Assembly: GCA_039933515.1 (NCBI GenBank)
Contig: JBDTNY010000117.1
Span: 1-55,477, forward strand
DNA from: Actinomycetota bacterium
GTDB lineage: Bacteria; Actinomycetota; UBA4738; HRBIN12
Direction: 5' to 3'
Length of the DNA stretch: 55,477 nucleotides
Under the pieces are notes generated by a model. The model was not told where the DNA came from, did not search any database, and saw nothing but the letters and a program-made list of their open reading frames with translations. A program made the position numbers and the translations under genes. This document shows positions 34,379-43,525 of this stretch, in pieces (within the stretch, counting starts at the first letter, position 1; every line of letters starts with the position of its first letter).

Positions 34379-36337
34379 TCAGTCGCCGGCGGCCAGGCGG
34401 CGGATCTCGTCGATCGCCGCAGGATCCTCGAGGCTCGACACATCGCCGGGGTCTTCACTGGTCAGCGCTGCCTTGACCGCGCGCCGGACGATCTTCGCGC
34501 TTCGCGTCTTGGGCAGCGCCGAGGAGAAGATCACGCGTGACGGTGTGAAGGACGCGCCGAGGTGGGCGCGGACGGTCTGTCGGAGCTCGGCGGAGAGCGC
34601 GGCGTTCGCCTTGACGCCCGGCCGCACCACCACGACGCACCAGATCGTCTCTCCCTTGATCGCGTGCGGCACCCCCACCGCCGCTGACTCGACGACCGCC
34701 GGGTGTGTGGCGATCGCCGATTCGACCTCGGCCGGGCCGATGCGCTTGCCCGCCACGCTGAGAGTGTCGTCGCTGCGCCCGTGCAGGAACCACGCGTCGT
34801 CTTCGTCGCGGCTCGCCCAGTCGCCGTGCACCCACACGCGGGGGAACCGCCGCCAGTAGCTGTCGAGGTAGCGCTCGGGGTCGCCCCAGATCCCTCTGGT
34901 CATCGAGGGCCACGGTTGACGGCAGACGAGCTCCCCGACCTCCCCCGCGGCGAGCGGTGAACCCGTCGCGTCCACGACATCGACGTCCATCCCGAGGGCG
35001 GGCCCGCCGAGCGAGTCGACCTTGATCGGCACGACAGGGTGCGGCGAGAGGAAGCACGCACCCACCTCGGTCCCGCCCGACAGGTTCACGATCGGGAGCC
35101 GGCCACCGCCCACCTCCCGATGCAGCCAGAGGTAGGCATCGGGGTTCCAGGGCTCTCCGGTGGAGGCGAGGATCCTGAGCGAAGAGAGGTTGTGCGCCTG
35201 GACGTGATCGGTCCCCGAGGAGCGCAAGGCCCTGATGAGCGTGGGCGAGACGCCTAGGGTCGTGACCGCGTGCCGTTCGACCTGGGCCCAAAGACGCCCC
35301 GCGTTCGGGTGGAGCGGCGAGCCCTCGGTGAGCAGGACGGTCGCCCCGAGCGCGAGCGCCCCGACGATCTCCCAGGGGCCCATGATCCAGCCGAGGTCGG
35401 TGACCCAATGGAGCCGTTCGCCCTGCTGGAGATCGACCTGATAGGCCACCTCCTCGGCGATCTTGACCAGGAACCCTCCGTGCACGTGCACCGCTCCCTT
35501 GGGCGTTCCCGTGGTGCCGCTCGTGTAGCCGATGAAGAGCGGGTGCTCGCTCTCGAGGGCGGCCGCCGGAAGGCTCGGTCCGGCAAGAGCCACCTCGTCC
35601 TCCCACCGACGGTCCCGGCCCGGGGTCATCGGCGTGACCATGTCGGGGAGCCTGGTCCACACGAGCACGTGCCGTACGGTGTCGGTCGCGGCGACCGCGG
35701 CATCCGCGATCGGCTTCATCGGGATCGGCACGCCGCGGCGGAGCGAACCGTTCGCGCACACTAGGATCTCGCACCCCGCGTCGGCGATCCGCGCCGCGGC
35801 GGCGTCGGCCGCGAAGCCGCTGACGATCGGCACGAACACCGCGCCCAGCTTCGCGCACGCCATCACGGTCGCGACCGTCTCGATCGACATCGGCATGAAG
35901 ATGGCGACGCGGGTGCCACGTTCCGCGCCGAGTCTCGCGAGCGTGATCCCCAGGGCGTCGGTGAGCGTTCGGAGCTCGCCGTAGGTCGCCGTCCGGACAT
36001 CCCCTTCCTCGCCCTCCCAGATCACGGCGGTCGCCTGCGGGGTGCGCTCGGCCCATCGGTCGATGCACTGGCGGGCGACGTTCGTGCGTCCGCCGACGAA
36101 CCAGGTCGCCCACTCGGGACCGCGAGACAGATCGACGACCTGCTCGTAGGGGGTCGAGAACTCGAGGTCGAGATCGCGCACTACCGCGTCCCAGAACCAC
36201 GAGATGTCGGCCACCGAGCGCCTCGTGAGCTCCACCAGGTCGTCGACGCCGTGGGCGCGCATCAGCCGGGTGACGTTCGCGCGCTCGATGTCCTCTGCGC
36301 CGGGACGCCAGACGAAGGCGTCGGGGCTCCCCGTCAT
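34379..36337 (-). CDS. AMP-forming acyl-CoA synthetase (acetyl-/acetoacetyl-CoA synthetase family)
   Basis: YTSGTTGTPKG AMP-binding motif, a GWIMGPW-like block and a C-terminal SAKIVRR lysine motif. The start at MTGSPDAF overlaps the ivd stop by 4 nt. Confidence 0.8.
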   Translation of the reverse strand: MTGSPDAFVWRPGAEDIERANVTRLMRAHGVDDLVELTRRSVADISWFWDAVVRDLDLEFSTPYEQVVDLSRGPEWATWFVGGRTNVARQCIDRWAERTPQATAVIWEGEEGDVRTATYGELRTLTDALGITLARLGAERGTRVAIFMPMSIETVATVMACAKLGAVFVPIVSGFAADAAAARIADAGCEILVCANGSLRRGVPIPMKPIADAAVAATDTVRHVLVWTRLPDMVTPMTPGRDRRWEDEVALAGPSLPAAALESEHPLFIGYTSGTTGTPKGAVHVHGGFLVKIAEEVAYQVDLQQGERLHWVTDLGWIMGPWEIVGALALGATVLLTEGSPLHPNAGRLWAQVERHAVTTLGVSPTLIRALRSSGTDHVQAHNLSSLRILASTGEPWNPDAYLWLHREVGGGRLPIVNLSGGTEVGACFLSPHPVVPIKVDSLGGPALGMDVDVVDATGSPLAAGEVGELVCRQPWPSMTRGIWGDPERYLDSYWRRFPRVWVHGDWASRDEDDAWFLHGRSDDTLSVAGKRIGPAEVESAIATHPAVVESAAVGVPHAIKGETIWCVVVVRPGVKANAALSAELRQTVRAHLGASFTPSRVIFSSALPKTRSAKIVRRAVKAALTSEDPGDVSSLEDPAAIDEIRRLAAGD

Positions 36338-37500
36338 CCGGTGAGCTTCCCGGTCAGGGCCCGCCCGATCAGCATGCGGCGGATCTCGTTCGTGCCCGCG
36401 CCGATCGTGTAGAGCTTCGCGTCCCGCAGCAGCCGCCCCGCCGGGCTCTCGGTGACGTAGCCAGCCCCGCCGAGAGCCTGGATCGCCTCCAGGGCGACCT
36501 CGACCGCGCGTTCCGAGGCGAACAACAGGCATCCCGCTGACGAGGCAGCTGAACGGTGCCGGTCATCCGGATCGAATCCGTCGGCGACCCGGTACGCGAA
36601 CGCGCGGGTGGCCTCGAGCGCCACGAACATGTCGGCGAGTTTGGCCTGCATCAGCTGGAAGGAACCGATCGGCTGGCCGAACTGCCGTCGATCCCGCACG
36701 TATGGCAGCACGAGGTCGAGGGCGGCTTGCATGATCCCGATCGGCCCCCCCGACAGGACGAGCCGCTCCGAGTCCAGCCCGCGCATCAGGATCCCGACGC
36801 CCTCGTCGGGCGCCCCGAGGACGTGATCGTCGGGGATCAGGCAGTCGGCGAAGACGAGCTCGCAGGTGCCCGAGCCTCGCATACCGAGCTTCTCGATCTT
36901 GGGCGAGGTCGTGAATCCTGCCATGCCCCGCTCGACGACGAACGCCGTCACGCCGGGGGTTCGGCCGCCGTCCGCCGGCTCCGAGGTACGCAGGTACACG
37001 AGCACGACGTCGGCGTCGGGACCGTTGGTGATCCACATCTTGGTCCCGTTCGCGAGCCACCCGCCGTCGACCCGCTCGGCGCGGCAACGCATCGACCCCA
37101 GCACGTCGGACCCGGCGTCGGCTTCGCTCATCGCGAGCGCCCCGACGTGATCGCCGGACAGCAGCCGGGGGAGCCATCTCGCCCGCTGGGCGTCGTCCGC
37201 GTGCAACCACAGGTTGTGAACGCACAGGTTGGAGTGCGCGGCATAGGACATCCCGATCGACGCGGAGCCCCGGGAGATCTCCTCGACGCACACGAGGTGC
37301 TCCAAGGTCCCCATCCCCGCCCCGCCGGCGGACTCGGCCACGGTCGGCCCGAGGATCCCGAGCTCGCCGAGCATCGGCCACAGCCGGCGCGGGAACATGT
37401 CATCGCGGTCGATCTCGTCCGCGAGGGGGGCGATCTCGCGGTCGACGAACCCGCGGACCGTTCGCCTGAGCTCCTCGATCGGGATGCGTTCGGTGTCCAC
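36334..37500 (-). CDS. ivd: Isovaleryl-CoA dehydrogenase (acyl-CoA dehydrogenase family)
   Basis: 388 aa ACAD with [13 protein letters not shown] and [12 protein letters not shown] motifs. Divergent from the carboxylase genes. Confidence 0.8.
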   Translation of the reverse strand: MDTERIPIEELRRTVRGFVDREIAPLADEIDRDDMFPRRLWPMLGELGILGPTVAESAGGAGMGTLEHLVCVEEISRGSASIGMSYAAHSNLCVHNLWLHADDAQRARWLPRLLSGDHVGALAMSEADAGSDVLGSMRCRAERVDGGWLANGTKMWITNGPDADVVLVYLRTSEPADGGRTPGVTAFVVERGMAGFTTSPKIEKLGMRGSGTCELVFADCLIPDDHVLGAPDEGVGILMRGLDSERLVLSGGPIGIMQAALDLVLPYVRDRRQFGQPIGSFQLMQAKLADMFVALEATRAFAYRVADGFDPDDRHRSAASSAGCLLFASERAVEVALEAIQALGGAGYVTESPAGRLLRDAKLYTIGAGTNEIRRMLIGRALTGKLTG

Positions 37501-37624
37501 CCGTCCCCTTCCTCGACGACGGCTCCATACCTACCACGACCAGGGGCCGCGTACGCGCGGGCCTGACGGTAAGGTGAGGTCCATCCCGAGGAAGACCGAA
37601 GCCTCGCAGCCGGAACGGAGCGAC

Positions 37625-39190
37625 GTGCCCAGACTTCGAACCCACGTGGATCGCAGCTCGGAGGAGTTCGTGCGCAACGCCGAGTCGATGCGCGGGCTCG
37701 TCGAGGACCTCGAGCGGCGGCTGGAAACCGTGCGCCGGGGCGGTGACGAGTCGGCACGCCGTCGGCACGAAGAGCGCGGCAAGCTCCTCGTCCGCGAGCG
37801 GATCGAGGCCCTCTTGGATCCCGGCGCCGCGTTCCTCGAGTGCTCCCCGCTCGCCGCCACCGGTCTGTACGACGACCAGTCCCCGGCCGCCGGCATCGTC
37901 ACCGGGATCGGCCCGATCCACGGGCACCCCTGCGTGATCGTCGCGAACGACGCGACGGTCAAAGGCGGCACGTACTTCCCGATCACCGTGAAGAAGCATC
38001 TGCGCGCGCAGGAGATCGCGATGGAGAACCGGCTCCCGTGCGTCTACCTCGTGGATTCGGGAGGCGCCTACCTGCCGCTCCAGGGCGAGGTGTTCCCCGA
38101 CCGCGATCACTTCGGAAAGATCTTCTTCAACCAGGCGAGGATGTCGGCCGCCGGGATCCCGCAGATCGCGGCCGTGATGGGGTCCTGCACGGCCGGTGGC
38201 GCCTACGTTCCGGCGATGTCCGACGAGACCGTGATCGTGCGGGGCACCGGCACGATCTTCCTGGGGGGTCCGCCGCTCGTGAAGGCGGCCACCGGCGAGG
38301 ACGTGACCGCCGAGGAGCTGGGCGGCGCCGACGTGCACGCGCGCCGCAGCGGCGTGGCCGACCACGAGGCGGCCGACGACGCCCACGCGCTCAGGATCGT
38401 GCGCGAGATCGTCGCGAACCTGAACCTCCCGTCGGCTCGCGCGTGGCCGATCGAGGCCCCGGTCGACCCCGCGATGCCGGTCGACGACCTCTACGGGGCG
38501 GTCTCGCACGACACGTCGATGACGTACGACGTGCATGAGGTGATCGGGCGGATCGTCGACGGCTCGGTGCTGCACTCCTTCAAGCCGCTCTACGGCGACA
38601 CGCTCGTCTGCGGCTTCGCTCGGATCCACGGGCACCCGGTCGCGATCCTGGCGAACCGGGGGATCCTGTTCTCGGAGTCCGCGCAGAAAGGGGCACATTT
38701 CATCGAGCTCGCGTGCGCGCGGGGGGTTCCGCTCGTCTTCCTCCAGAACATCACCGGCTTCATGGTGGGGCGCGAGTACGAGGCGGGCGGCATCGCGAAG
38801 GACGGCGCCAAGCTCGTCATGGCGGTCGCGTGCGCGAACGTGCCCAAGTTCACCGTGATCATCGGCGGTTCCTTCGGCGCCGGGAACTACGCGATGTGCG
38901 GACGGGCGTACGGCCCCCGCCAGCTCTGGATGTGGCCCAATGCACGGATCTCGGTCATGGGCGGACGTCAGGCCGCGGCGGTGCTCACCACGGTGGGAGG
39001 TGACCCCGCGGACGAGGCGGCGACGATCGAGCGCTACGAGGCCGAGGGCAGTCCCTACCATTCGACCGCACGCCTGTGGGACGACGGCGTGATCGACCCG
39101 CTCGAGACGCGCAAGGTGCTCGCCCTGGGGCTCGACGCGGCCTCGCGCGCGCCGATCGAACCCACCACCTTCGGGGTCTTCAGGATGTGA
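37625..39190 (+). CDS. mccB: Methylcrotonyl-CoA carboxylase beta (carboxyltransferase) subunit
   Basis: Carboxyltransferase domains ([48 protein letters not shown]). GTG 37625 is chosen as start, but this is uncertain. Confidence 0.85.
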   Translation: MPRLRTHVDRSSEEFVRNAESMRGLVEDLERRLETVRRGGDESARRRHEERGKLLVRERIEALLDPGAAFLECSPLAATGLYDDQSPAAGIVTGIGPIHGHPCVIVANDATVKGGTYFPITVKKHLRAQEIAMENRLPCVYLVDSGGAYLPLQGEVFPDRDHFGKIFFNQARMSAAGIPQIAAVMGSCTAGGAYVPAMSDETVIVRGTGTIFLGGPPLVKAATGEDVTAEELGGADVHARRSGVADHEAADDAHALRIVREIVANLNLPSARAWPIEAPVDPAMPVDDLYGAVSHDTSMTYDVHEVIGRIVDGSVLHSFKPLYGDTLVCGFARIHGHPVAILANRGILFSESAQKGAHFIELACARGVPLVFLQNITGFMVGREYEAGGIAKDGAKLVMAVACANVPKFTVIIGGSFGAGNYAMCGRAYGPRQLWMWPNARISVMGGRQAAAVLTTVGGDPADEAATIERYEAEGSPYHSTARLWDDGVIDPLETRKVLALGLDAASRAPIEPTTFGVFRM

Positions 39191-39966
39191 GCGGCGTCGC
39201 CATCACCCGCGAGGGGTCCGTGACGACCCTGACGCTCGATCGCCCCGGCCGCCGCAACGCGTTCTCCCCCGCCACGATGACCGGGCTCACGGCCGCCGTT
39301 CGGGAGGCCGACGCCGACCCGCTCGTCCGCGTGGTCGTGCTCGCCGGCGACGGCCCGACCTTCTGCGCGGGCGCCGACATCGAGTGGATGCGAGCCGGGC
39401 GCGATGCTGACGGCACCCGCAACCTGGAGGAGGCCGAGGCGCTGCGAGACGGGTTCGAGGCGCTCGACACGTGCGGGAAGGCCGTGATCGCGCGCGTGCA
39501 TGGCGCGGCGATCGGCGGAGGAGCCGGGCTCGTGGCGTGCGCCGACGTCGCGGTGGCAGCCGACGACACGCGGTTCGCGTTCGCGGAGGTCCGGCTCGGC
39601 TTGGTCCCCGCCACGATCGCCCCGTATGTGGTCCGAGCGATCGGCCCGGGTGCCGCACGCTCGCTGTTCACGAGCGGCCGGGCCTTCGACGCCGACGAGG
39701 CCCTCCGGCTGGGTCTCGTGCATCACGTCGTGCCGCCGGCCTCCCTGGACACCGCGGTGCGAGAGGTCGTCGACCTGTTCCTGCAGGCTGGTCCGGAGGC
39801 GATCGCCTCGTGCAAACGGATGATCCGCGACGCCACCTCGTCGCTCCAGCTTCCCGATCTTCCTCAGCGCATCACCGAAGCCCGCATCTCGGACGAAGGC
39901 CGTGAGGGCCTCGACGCGTTCCTGGAGAAGCGATCGCCATCATGGGCGCAATCCACCGACTCCTGA
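39187..39966 (+). CDS. Enoyl-CoA hydratase family (methylglutaconyl-CoA hydratase candidate)
   Basis: Crotonase motifs ([27 protein letters not shown]). GTG overlaps the mccB stop. Confidence 0.8.
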   Translation: MSGVAITREGSVTTLTLDRPGRRNAFSPATMTGLTAAVREADADPLVRVVVLAGDGPTFCAGADIEWMRAGRDADGTRNLEEAEALRDGFEALDTCGKAVIARVHGAAIGGGAGLVACADVAVAADDTRFAFAEVRLGLVPATIAPYVVRAIGPGAARSLFTSGRAFDADEALRLGLVHHVVPPASLDTAVREVVDLFLQAGPEAIASCKRMIRDATSSLQLPDLPQRITEARISDEGREGLDAFLEKRSPSWAQSTDS

Positions 39967-41669
39967 TCGCGAACCGTGGCGAGATCGCGGTGCGGATCAT
40001 GCGAACCTGCCGCGAGGCGGGGATCGCCGTCGTCGCCGTCGTCGGCCCAGAGGACGCGCACGCCACGCATGCAGCGCTCGCCGACGAGGTGTGCGCCGTG
40101 CCGTCGTACCTCGATGCGGGAGCCTTCGTATCGGCGGCACTCGATGCCGGCGCCGACGCGATCCACCCCGGCTACGGCTTCCTCTCGGAACGAGCCGAGT
40201 TCGCGGAGGCCGTGATCGGGGCCGGGATCACCTGGGTCGGTCCCCCTCCGGCCGCGATGCGCGCGCTCGGCGACAAGGTTGGCGCTCGGGCGATCGCCGA
40301 GTCCCTGGGCATCCCCGTCGTGCCCGGTTACGCGGGCCTCGACCTGACCGAGGACGTGTTGCTACGCGAGGCCGCCAGGCTCGGCAGCCCCTTGCTGGTG
40401 AAGGCCGCGGGTGGAGGCGGCGGGCGCGGGATGCGCGCCGTCGAGGACCTCGCCCAGCTGTCCGATGCCCTCGCGAGCGCACGCCGGGAAGCGGGGGCGG
40501 CGTTCGGCGACGACCGCGTGTTCCTCGAACGCCGGATGGTCGGCGTGCGGCACGTCGAGGTCCAGGTGCTCGTCGACACGCATGGGCACGGCCTGCATCT
40601 GGGCGAACGCGATTGCTCGCTCCAGCGCCGTCACCAGAAGATCGTCGAGGAGTCCCCCGCGCCCGGGGTCGGCGCGGAGCTGCGTGCGGCGCTCGCCCAG
40701 GCGGCCCTCGCGATCGCGCGTGAGGCCGGCTACGAAGGCGTGGGCACCGCCGAGTTCCTGCTGAGCGCCGACGGCACGTGGTGCTTCCTCGAGATGAACG
40801 CAAGGCTGCAGGTCGAGCACCCCGTGACCGAGGCCGTGACGGGTATCGATCTCGTGCGAGCACAACTGCGCGTCGCGGCCGGCGAACCCCTTCCGTGGAC
40901 CCAAGACGATGTTCGCCCGGCGGGTCATGCGATCGAGGCACGCGTGTACGCCGAGGACCCGGCGACGGGCTTTCTGCCGGCGACGGGCCGCGTCGACCTG
41001 CTCGAGCTCCCCCACTGGCCCGGCGTGCGCATCGACGCGGCGCTGCGGGTCGGCGACGTCGTCGACCTAGGATTCGACCCCTTGCTGGCCAAGGTGATCG
41101 CCGTCGCGTGGGACCGAGAAGCCTGTCTGGATCGGCTGCGCGCGGCACTCGTGGAGCTGCAGATCGTGGGTGTCCGGACGAACCTCGGGTTCCTGCTGGA
41201 CGCGCTCGGACACTCCGACGTGCGGGCGGGAACGGCCGGCACCGACTGGGTGACCGACACGTGGGCTCCCGTCGTCCCCGAGCTGCCATCGGGCGTACAC
41301 CCGGCGGGCGATCCGGCGGATCCATGGCGCTCGTTCGGCGGCGGGGTGGCGCCGCAGGGGGTCGCCGTCGCCGGGCACCACGCGCTCTACCGAGGATGGG
41401 CCTACGACCTGGCGCCCGACGAGCTGGAACCCGTGACGATCGCGCCACCGGGCGGCTCGCTCACCGCGCCGATGCCGGCCTCGGTCGCCCGAGTGGCCGT
41501 CGCCGTAGGCGATGCGGTCGAGGCGGGCCAACTCGCCGTGGTGCTCGAGGCGATGAAGATGCAGCTGCGGATCGACGTACCGGTCGCGGGCGTGGTGCGG
41601 GCCGTCCACGTGACTGAGGGAGACGTGGTCGCCGCCGACCAAACCCTGGTTGAGGTGGAGGATCGATGA
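39942..41669 (+). CDS. mccA: Methylcrotonyl-CoA carboxylase alpha subunit (biotin carboxylase + BCCP)
   Basis: [16 protein letters not shown]-grasp body and C-terminal biotinylation motif EAMKMQ. 575 aa. Confidence 0.85.
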   Translation: MGAIHRLLIANRGEIAVRIMRTCREAGIAVVAVVGPEDAHATHAALADEVCAVPSYLDAGAFVSAALDAGADAIHPGYGFLSERAEFAEAVIGAGITWVGPPPAAMRALGDKVGARAIAESLGIPVVPGYAGLDLTEDVLLREAARLGSPLLVKAAGGGGGRGMRAVEDLAQLSDALASARREAGAAFGDDRVFLERRMVGVRHVEVQVLVDTHGHGLHLGERDCSLQRRHQKIVEESPAPGVGAELRAALAQAALAIAREAGYEGVGTAEFLLSADGTWCFLEMNARLQVEHPVTEAVTGIDLVRAQLRVAAGEPLPWTQDDVRPAGHAIEARVYAEDPATGFLPATGRVDLLELPHWPGVRIDAALRVGDVVDLGFDPLLAKVIAVAWDREACLDRLRAALVELQIVGVRTNLGFLLDALGHSDVRAGTAGTDWVTDTWAPVVPELPSGVHPAGDPADPWRSFGGGVAPQGVAVAGHHALYRGWAYDLAPDELEPVTIAPPGGSLTAPMPASVARVAVAVGDAVEAGQLAVVLEAMKMQLRIDVPVAGVVRAVHVTEGDVVAADQTLVEVEDR

Positions 41670-42529
41670 CGATGCCCGGGTCCGTGACGATCGTGGAGGT
41701 CGGTCCTCGCGACGGCTTGCAGAACGAGTCGGCGTTGGTGAGCACCGACGCCAAAGTTGCGTTCATCGAGGCGCTCGCCGATGCGGGCCTTCCCGTCGTC
41801 GAAGCCACGTCGTTCGTGTCGCCCTCGGCGGTGCCGCAGCTCGCCGATGCCGACGTGCTCGTGCCGCGGATCCGGCGGCGGGATGGGGTGCGCTACCCCG
41901 TGCTCGTGCCCAACATGCGGGGCATGGAACGGGCCGAGGCCGCCGGGGCGGACGCGGTGGCGGTCTTCACGGCGGCGTCAGAGACCTTCACCCAGCGCAA
42001 CATCGGGATGTCGATCGCCGGCTCGCTCGAGGCGTTCGAGCCCGTGCTCGCCCGGGCGGCGGCGCTCGGCTGGTGGCGCCGCGGCTACGTCTCGACCGCG
42101 TTCGGCTGCCCGTACGAGGGCGACGTCGCCCCCGCTGCCGTGGTGCGGATCACCGAGGCGTTGCTGGACCTCGGATGCAACGAGGTGTCCATCGGCGACA
42201 CGATCGGGATCGCCCGTCCCCGCGACGTCCGCGATCGATGCGCCGCACTGCTGGCACGAGTGTCCGCCGAGCGGATCGCGCTGCACCTGCACGACACCCG
42301 TGGTCGAGCGCTCGACAACGTCGAGGCCGGACTCGAGATGGGGATCGCGTCCTACGATGCATCGGCGGGTGGCACCGGCGGATGCCCGTTCGCGCCGGGC
42401 GCTCCCGGCAACCTCGCCACCGAGTCCCTGTGCGGGCTCCTCGATCGCCTCGGGATCGAGCATGGGGTCGACGTGGGCGCTGTCGAGGCCGCCGGCCTCG
42501 CGATGCGCGCGCACCTCACCGGCCCCTAG
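41666..42529 (+). CDS. hmgL: Hydroxymethylglutaryl-CoA lyase
   Basis: VEVGPRDGLQNE, IGDTIG and HLHDTRG motifs. ATG overlaps the mccA stop (ATGA). Confidence 0.9.
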   Translation: MTMPGSVTIVEVGPRDGLQNESALVSTDAKVAFIEALADAGLPVVEATSFVSPSAVPQLADADVLVPRIRRRDGVRYPVLVPNMRGMERAEAAGADAVAVFTAASETFTQRNIGMSIAGSLEAFEPVLARAAALGWWRRGYVSTAFGCPYEGDVAPAAVVRITEALLDLGCNEVSIGDTIGIARPRDVRDRCAALLARVSAERIALHLHDTRGRALDNVEAGLEMGIASYDASAGGTGGCPFAPGAPGNLATESLCGLLDRLGIEHGVDVGAVEAAGLAMRAHLTGP

Positions 42530-43080
42530 GCGGGATCCTGCGCGTCGGCGCGCGCGAGCTCGTAACGCACGCCCTGCCATGTCTCGCCCTCGTAGGTGCG
42601 CTCGAACCGTTCGATCAAGGCCATCCCTGCCTTCTCGGCGACGCGGAGCGACGGGGCATTCTCGGCGCTCGCATACGCGCGCACCACCTCGGCCTCCAAG
42701 ACGTCGAACGCGTAGTGGATCAACGCCCGCACCGCCTCGGTCGCGTACCCACGCCCCTGGGCCTGCGGAGCGATCGTGTAGCCGATCTTGATGACGCCGT
42801 GCTCGTCGTCGGCGGGACTGAGCCCCACGTCCCCCACGAGCCGGCCGGTCTCGAGCACCTCGACCGAGAACTGGACCCAGCCGGGCTCTCCTGGGCGCCG
42901 CGCGGCCATGTCGGCGATCTCCTCTCGCACCCCGTCGGGATCGGTGCGCTCCCACCCCTGGTACCGGTGGACCACGGGGTCGCTGCGATACGCCGAGATC
43001 GCCTCCGCGTCGGTAGGAACCGAGCGGCGCAGGCGGAGCCGTTCGGTGACCATCGGTCCGGAGTCGTCGTCGAAGCGCAT
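42526..43080 (-). CDS. GNAT N-acetyltransferase (RimJ/RimL-like)
   Basis: LRLRRSVPTDAEA..., QGRGYATEAVRALIHYAF acetyl-CoA binding motif. Its stop codon overlaps the convergent hmgL stop (CTAG). Confidence 0.8.
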   Translation of the reverse strand: MRFDDDSGPMVTERLRLRRSVPTDAEAISAYRSDPVVHRYQGWERTDPDGVREEIADMAARRPGEPGWVQFSVEVLETGRLVGDVGLSPADDEHGVIKIGYTIAPQAQGRGYATEAVRALIHYAFDVLEAEVVRAYASAENAPSLRVAEKAGMALIERFERTYEGETWQGVRYELARADAQDPA

Positions 43081-43201
43081 CGGGCGAGAAGCCTACCGGG
43101 CGCGCCGCGTCGCCGACGGGCATTCGATTCGAACCGCCGAGAAGGGGTATCCGCCCTGCGAACGCCGGCGCGAGACCGGCGACTTGGCGGAAGGAGCAGC
43201 C

Positions 43202-43303
43202 ATGCACGAGGAGATGCCTGCGCCCGAGGTGCCCGGCCGGGAGACGGGAGGCATGCCCGATCCCGGCGGCGCGCCCACCCCGGGGGAGGTGGGCGGGGGC
43301 TAG
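43202..43303 (+). CDS. Candidate small Gly/Pro-rich acidic peptide (33 aa)
   Basis: GGAAGGAG lies 5 nt upstream of the ATG. The ORF reads MHEEMPAPEVPGRETGGMPDPGGAPTPGEVGGG. GC3 is high, as in neighbouring genes. It ends 9 nt before a perfect hairpin. Confidence 0.3.
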   Translation: MHEEMPAPEVPGRETGGMPDPGGAPTPGEVGGG

Positions 43304-43312
43304 CCCCTGCAC

Positions 43313-43356
43313 GACACCATCCCGCGGCCGCGATCACCGCGCCGCGGGATGGTGTC
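43313..43356. terminator. Perfect 16-bp-stem hairpin between two convergent mini-ORFs
   Basis: GACACCATCCCGCGGC-cgcgatcaccgc-GCCGCGGGATGGTGTC. Confidence 0.65.
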
Positions 43357-43371
43357 CGACGTGTTTGGACC

Positions 43372-43464
43372 CTAGGTGCGGCGGAGCAGGTACATCGCGA
43401 CCGCGATGACCAGCACCACCACGATGATGGTGCCGAGGATCCCCATATTCAGTGCGGCAAGCAT
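43372..43464 (-). CDS. Candidate small hydrophobic membrane peptide (30 aa)
   Basis: GGGAGGG lies 4 nt upstream of the ATG. The ORF reads MLAALNMGILGTIIVVVLVIAVAMYLLRRT (one TM helix plus a basic tail). It sits 61 nt downstream of the oxidoreductase stop on the same strand. Confidence 0.45.
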   Translation of the reverse strand: MLAALNMGILGTIIVVVLVIAVAMYLLRRT

Positions 43465-43525
43465 GTGCCCTCCCTTCGGGTCGTCGCGAGAACTATCTCC
43501 ACCCGGGGCACAGCCGAAACCATGC

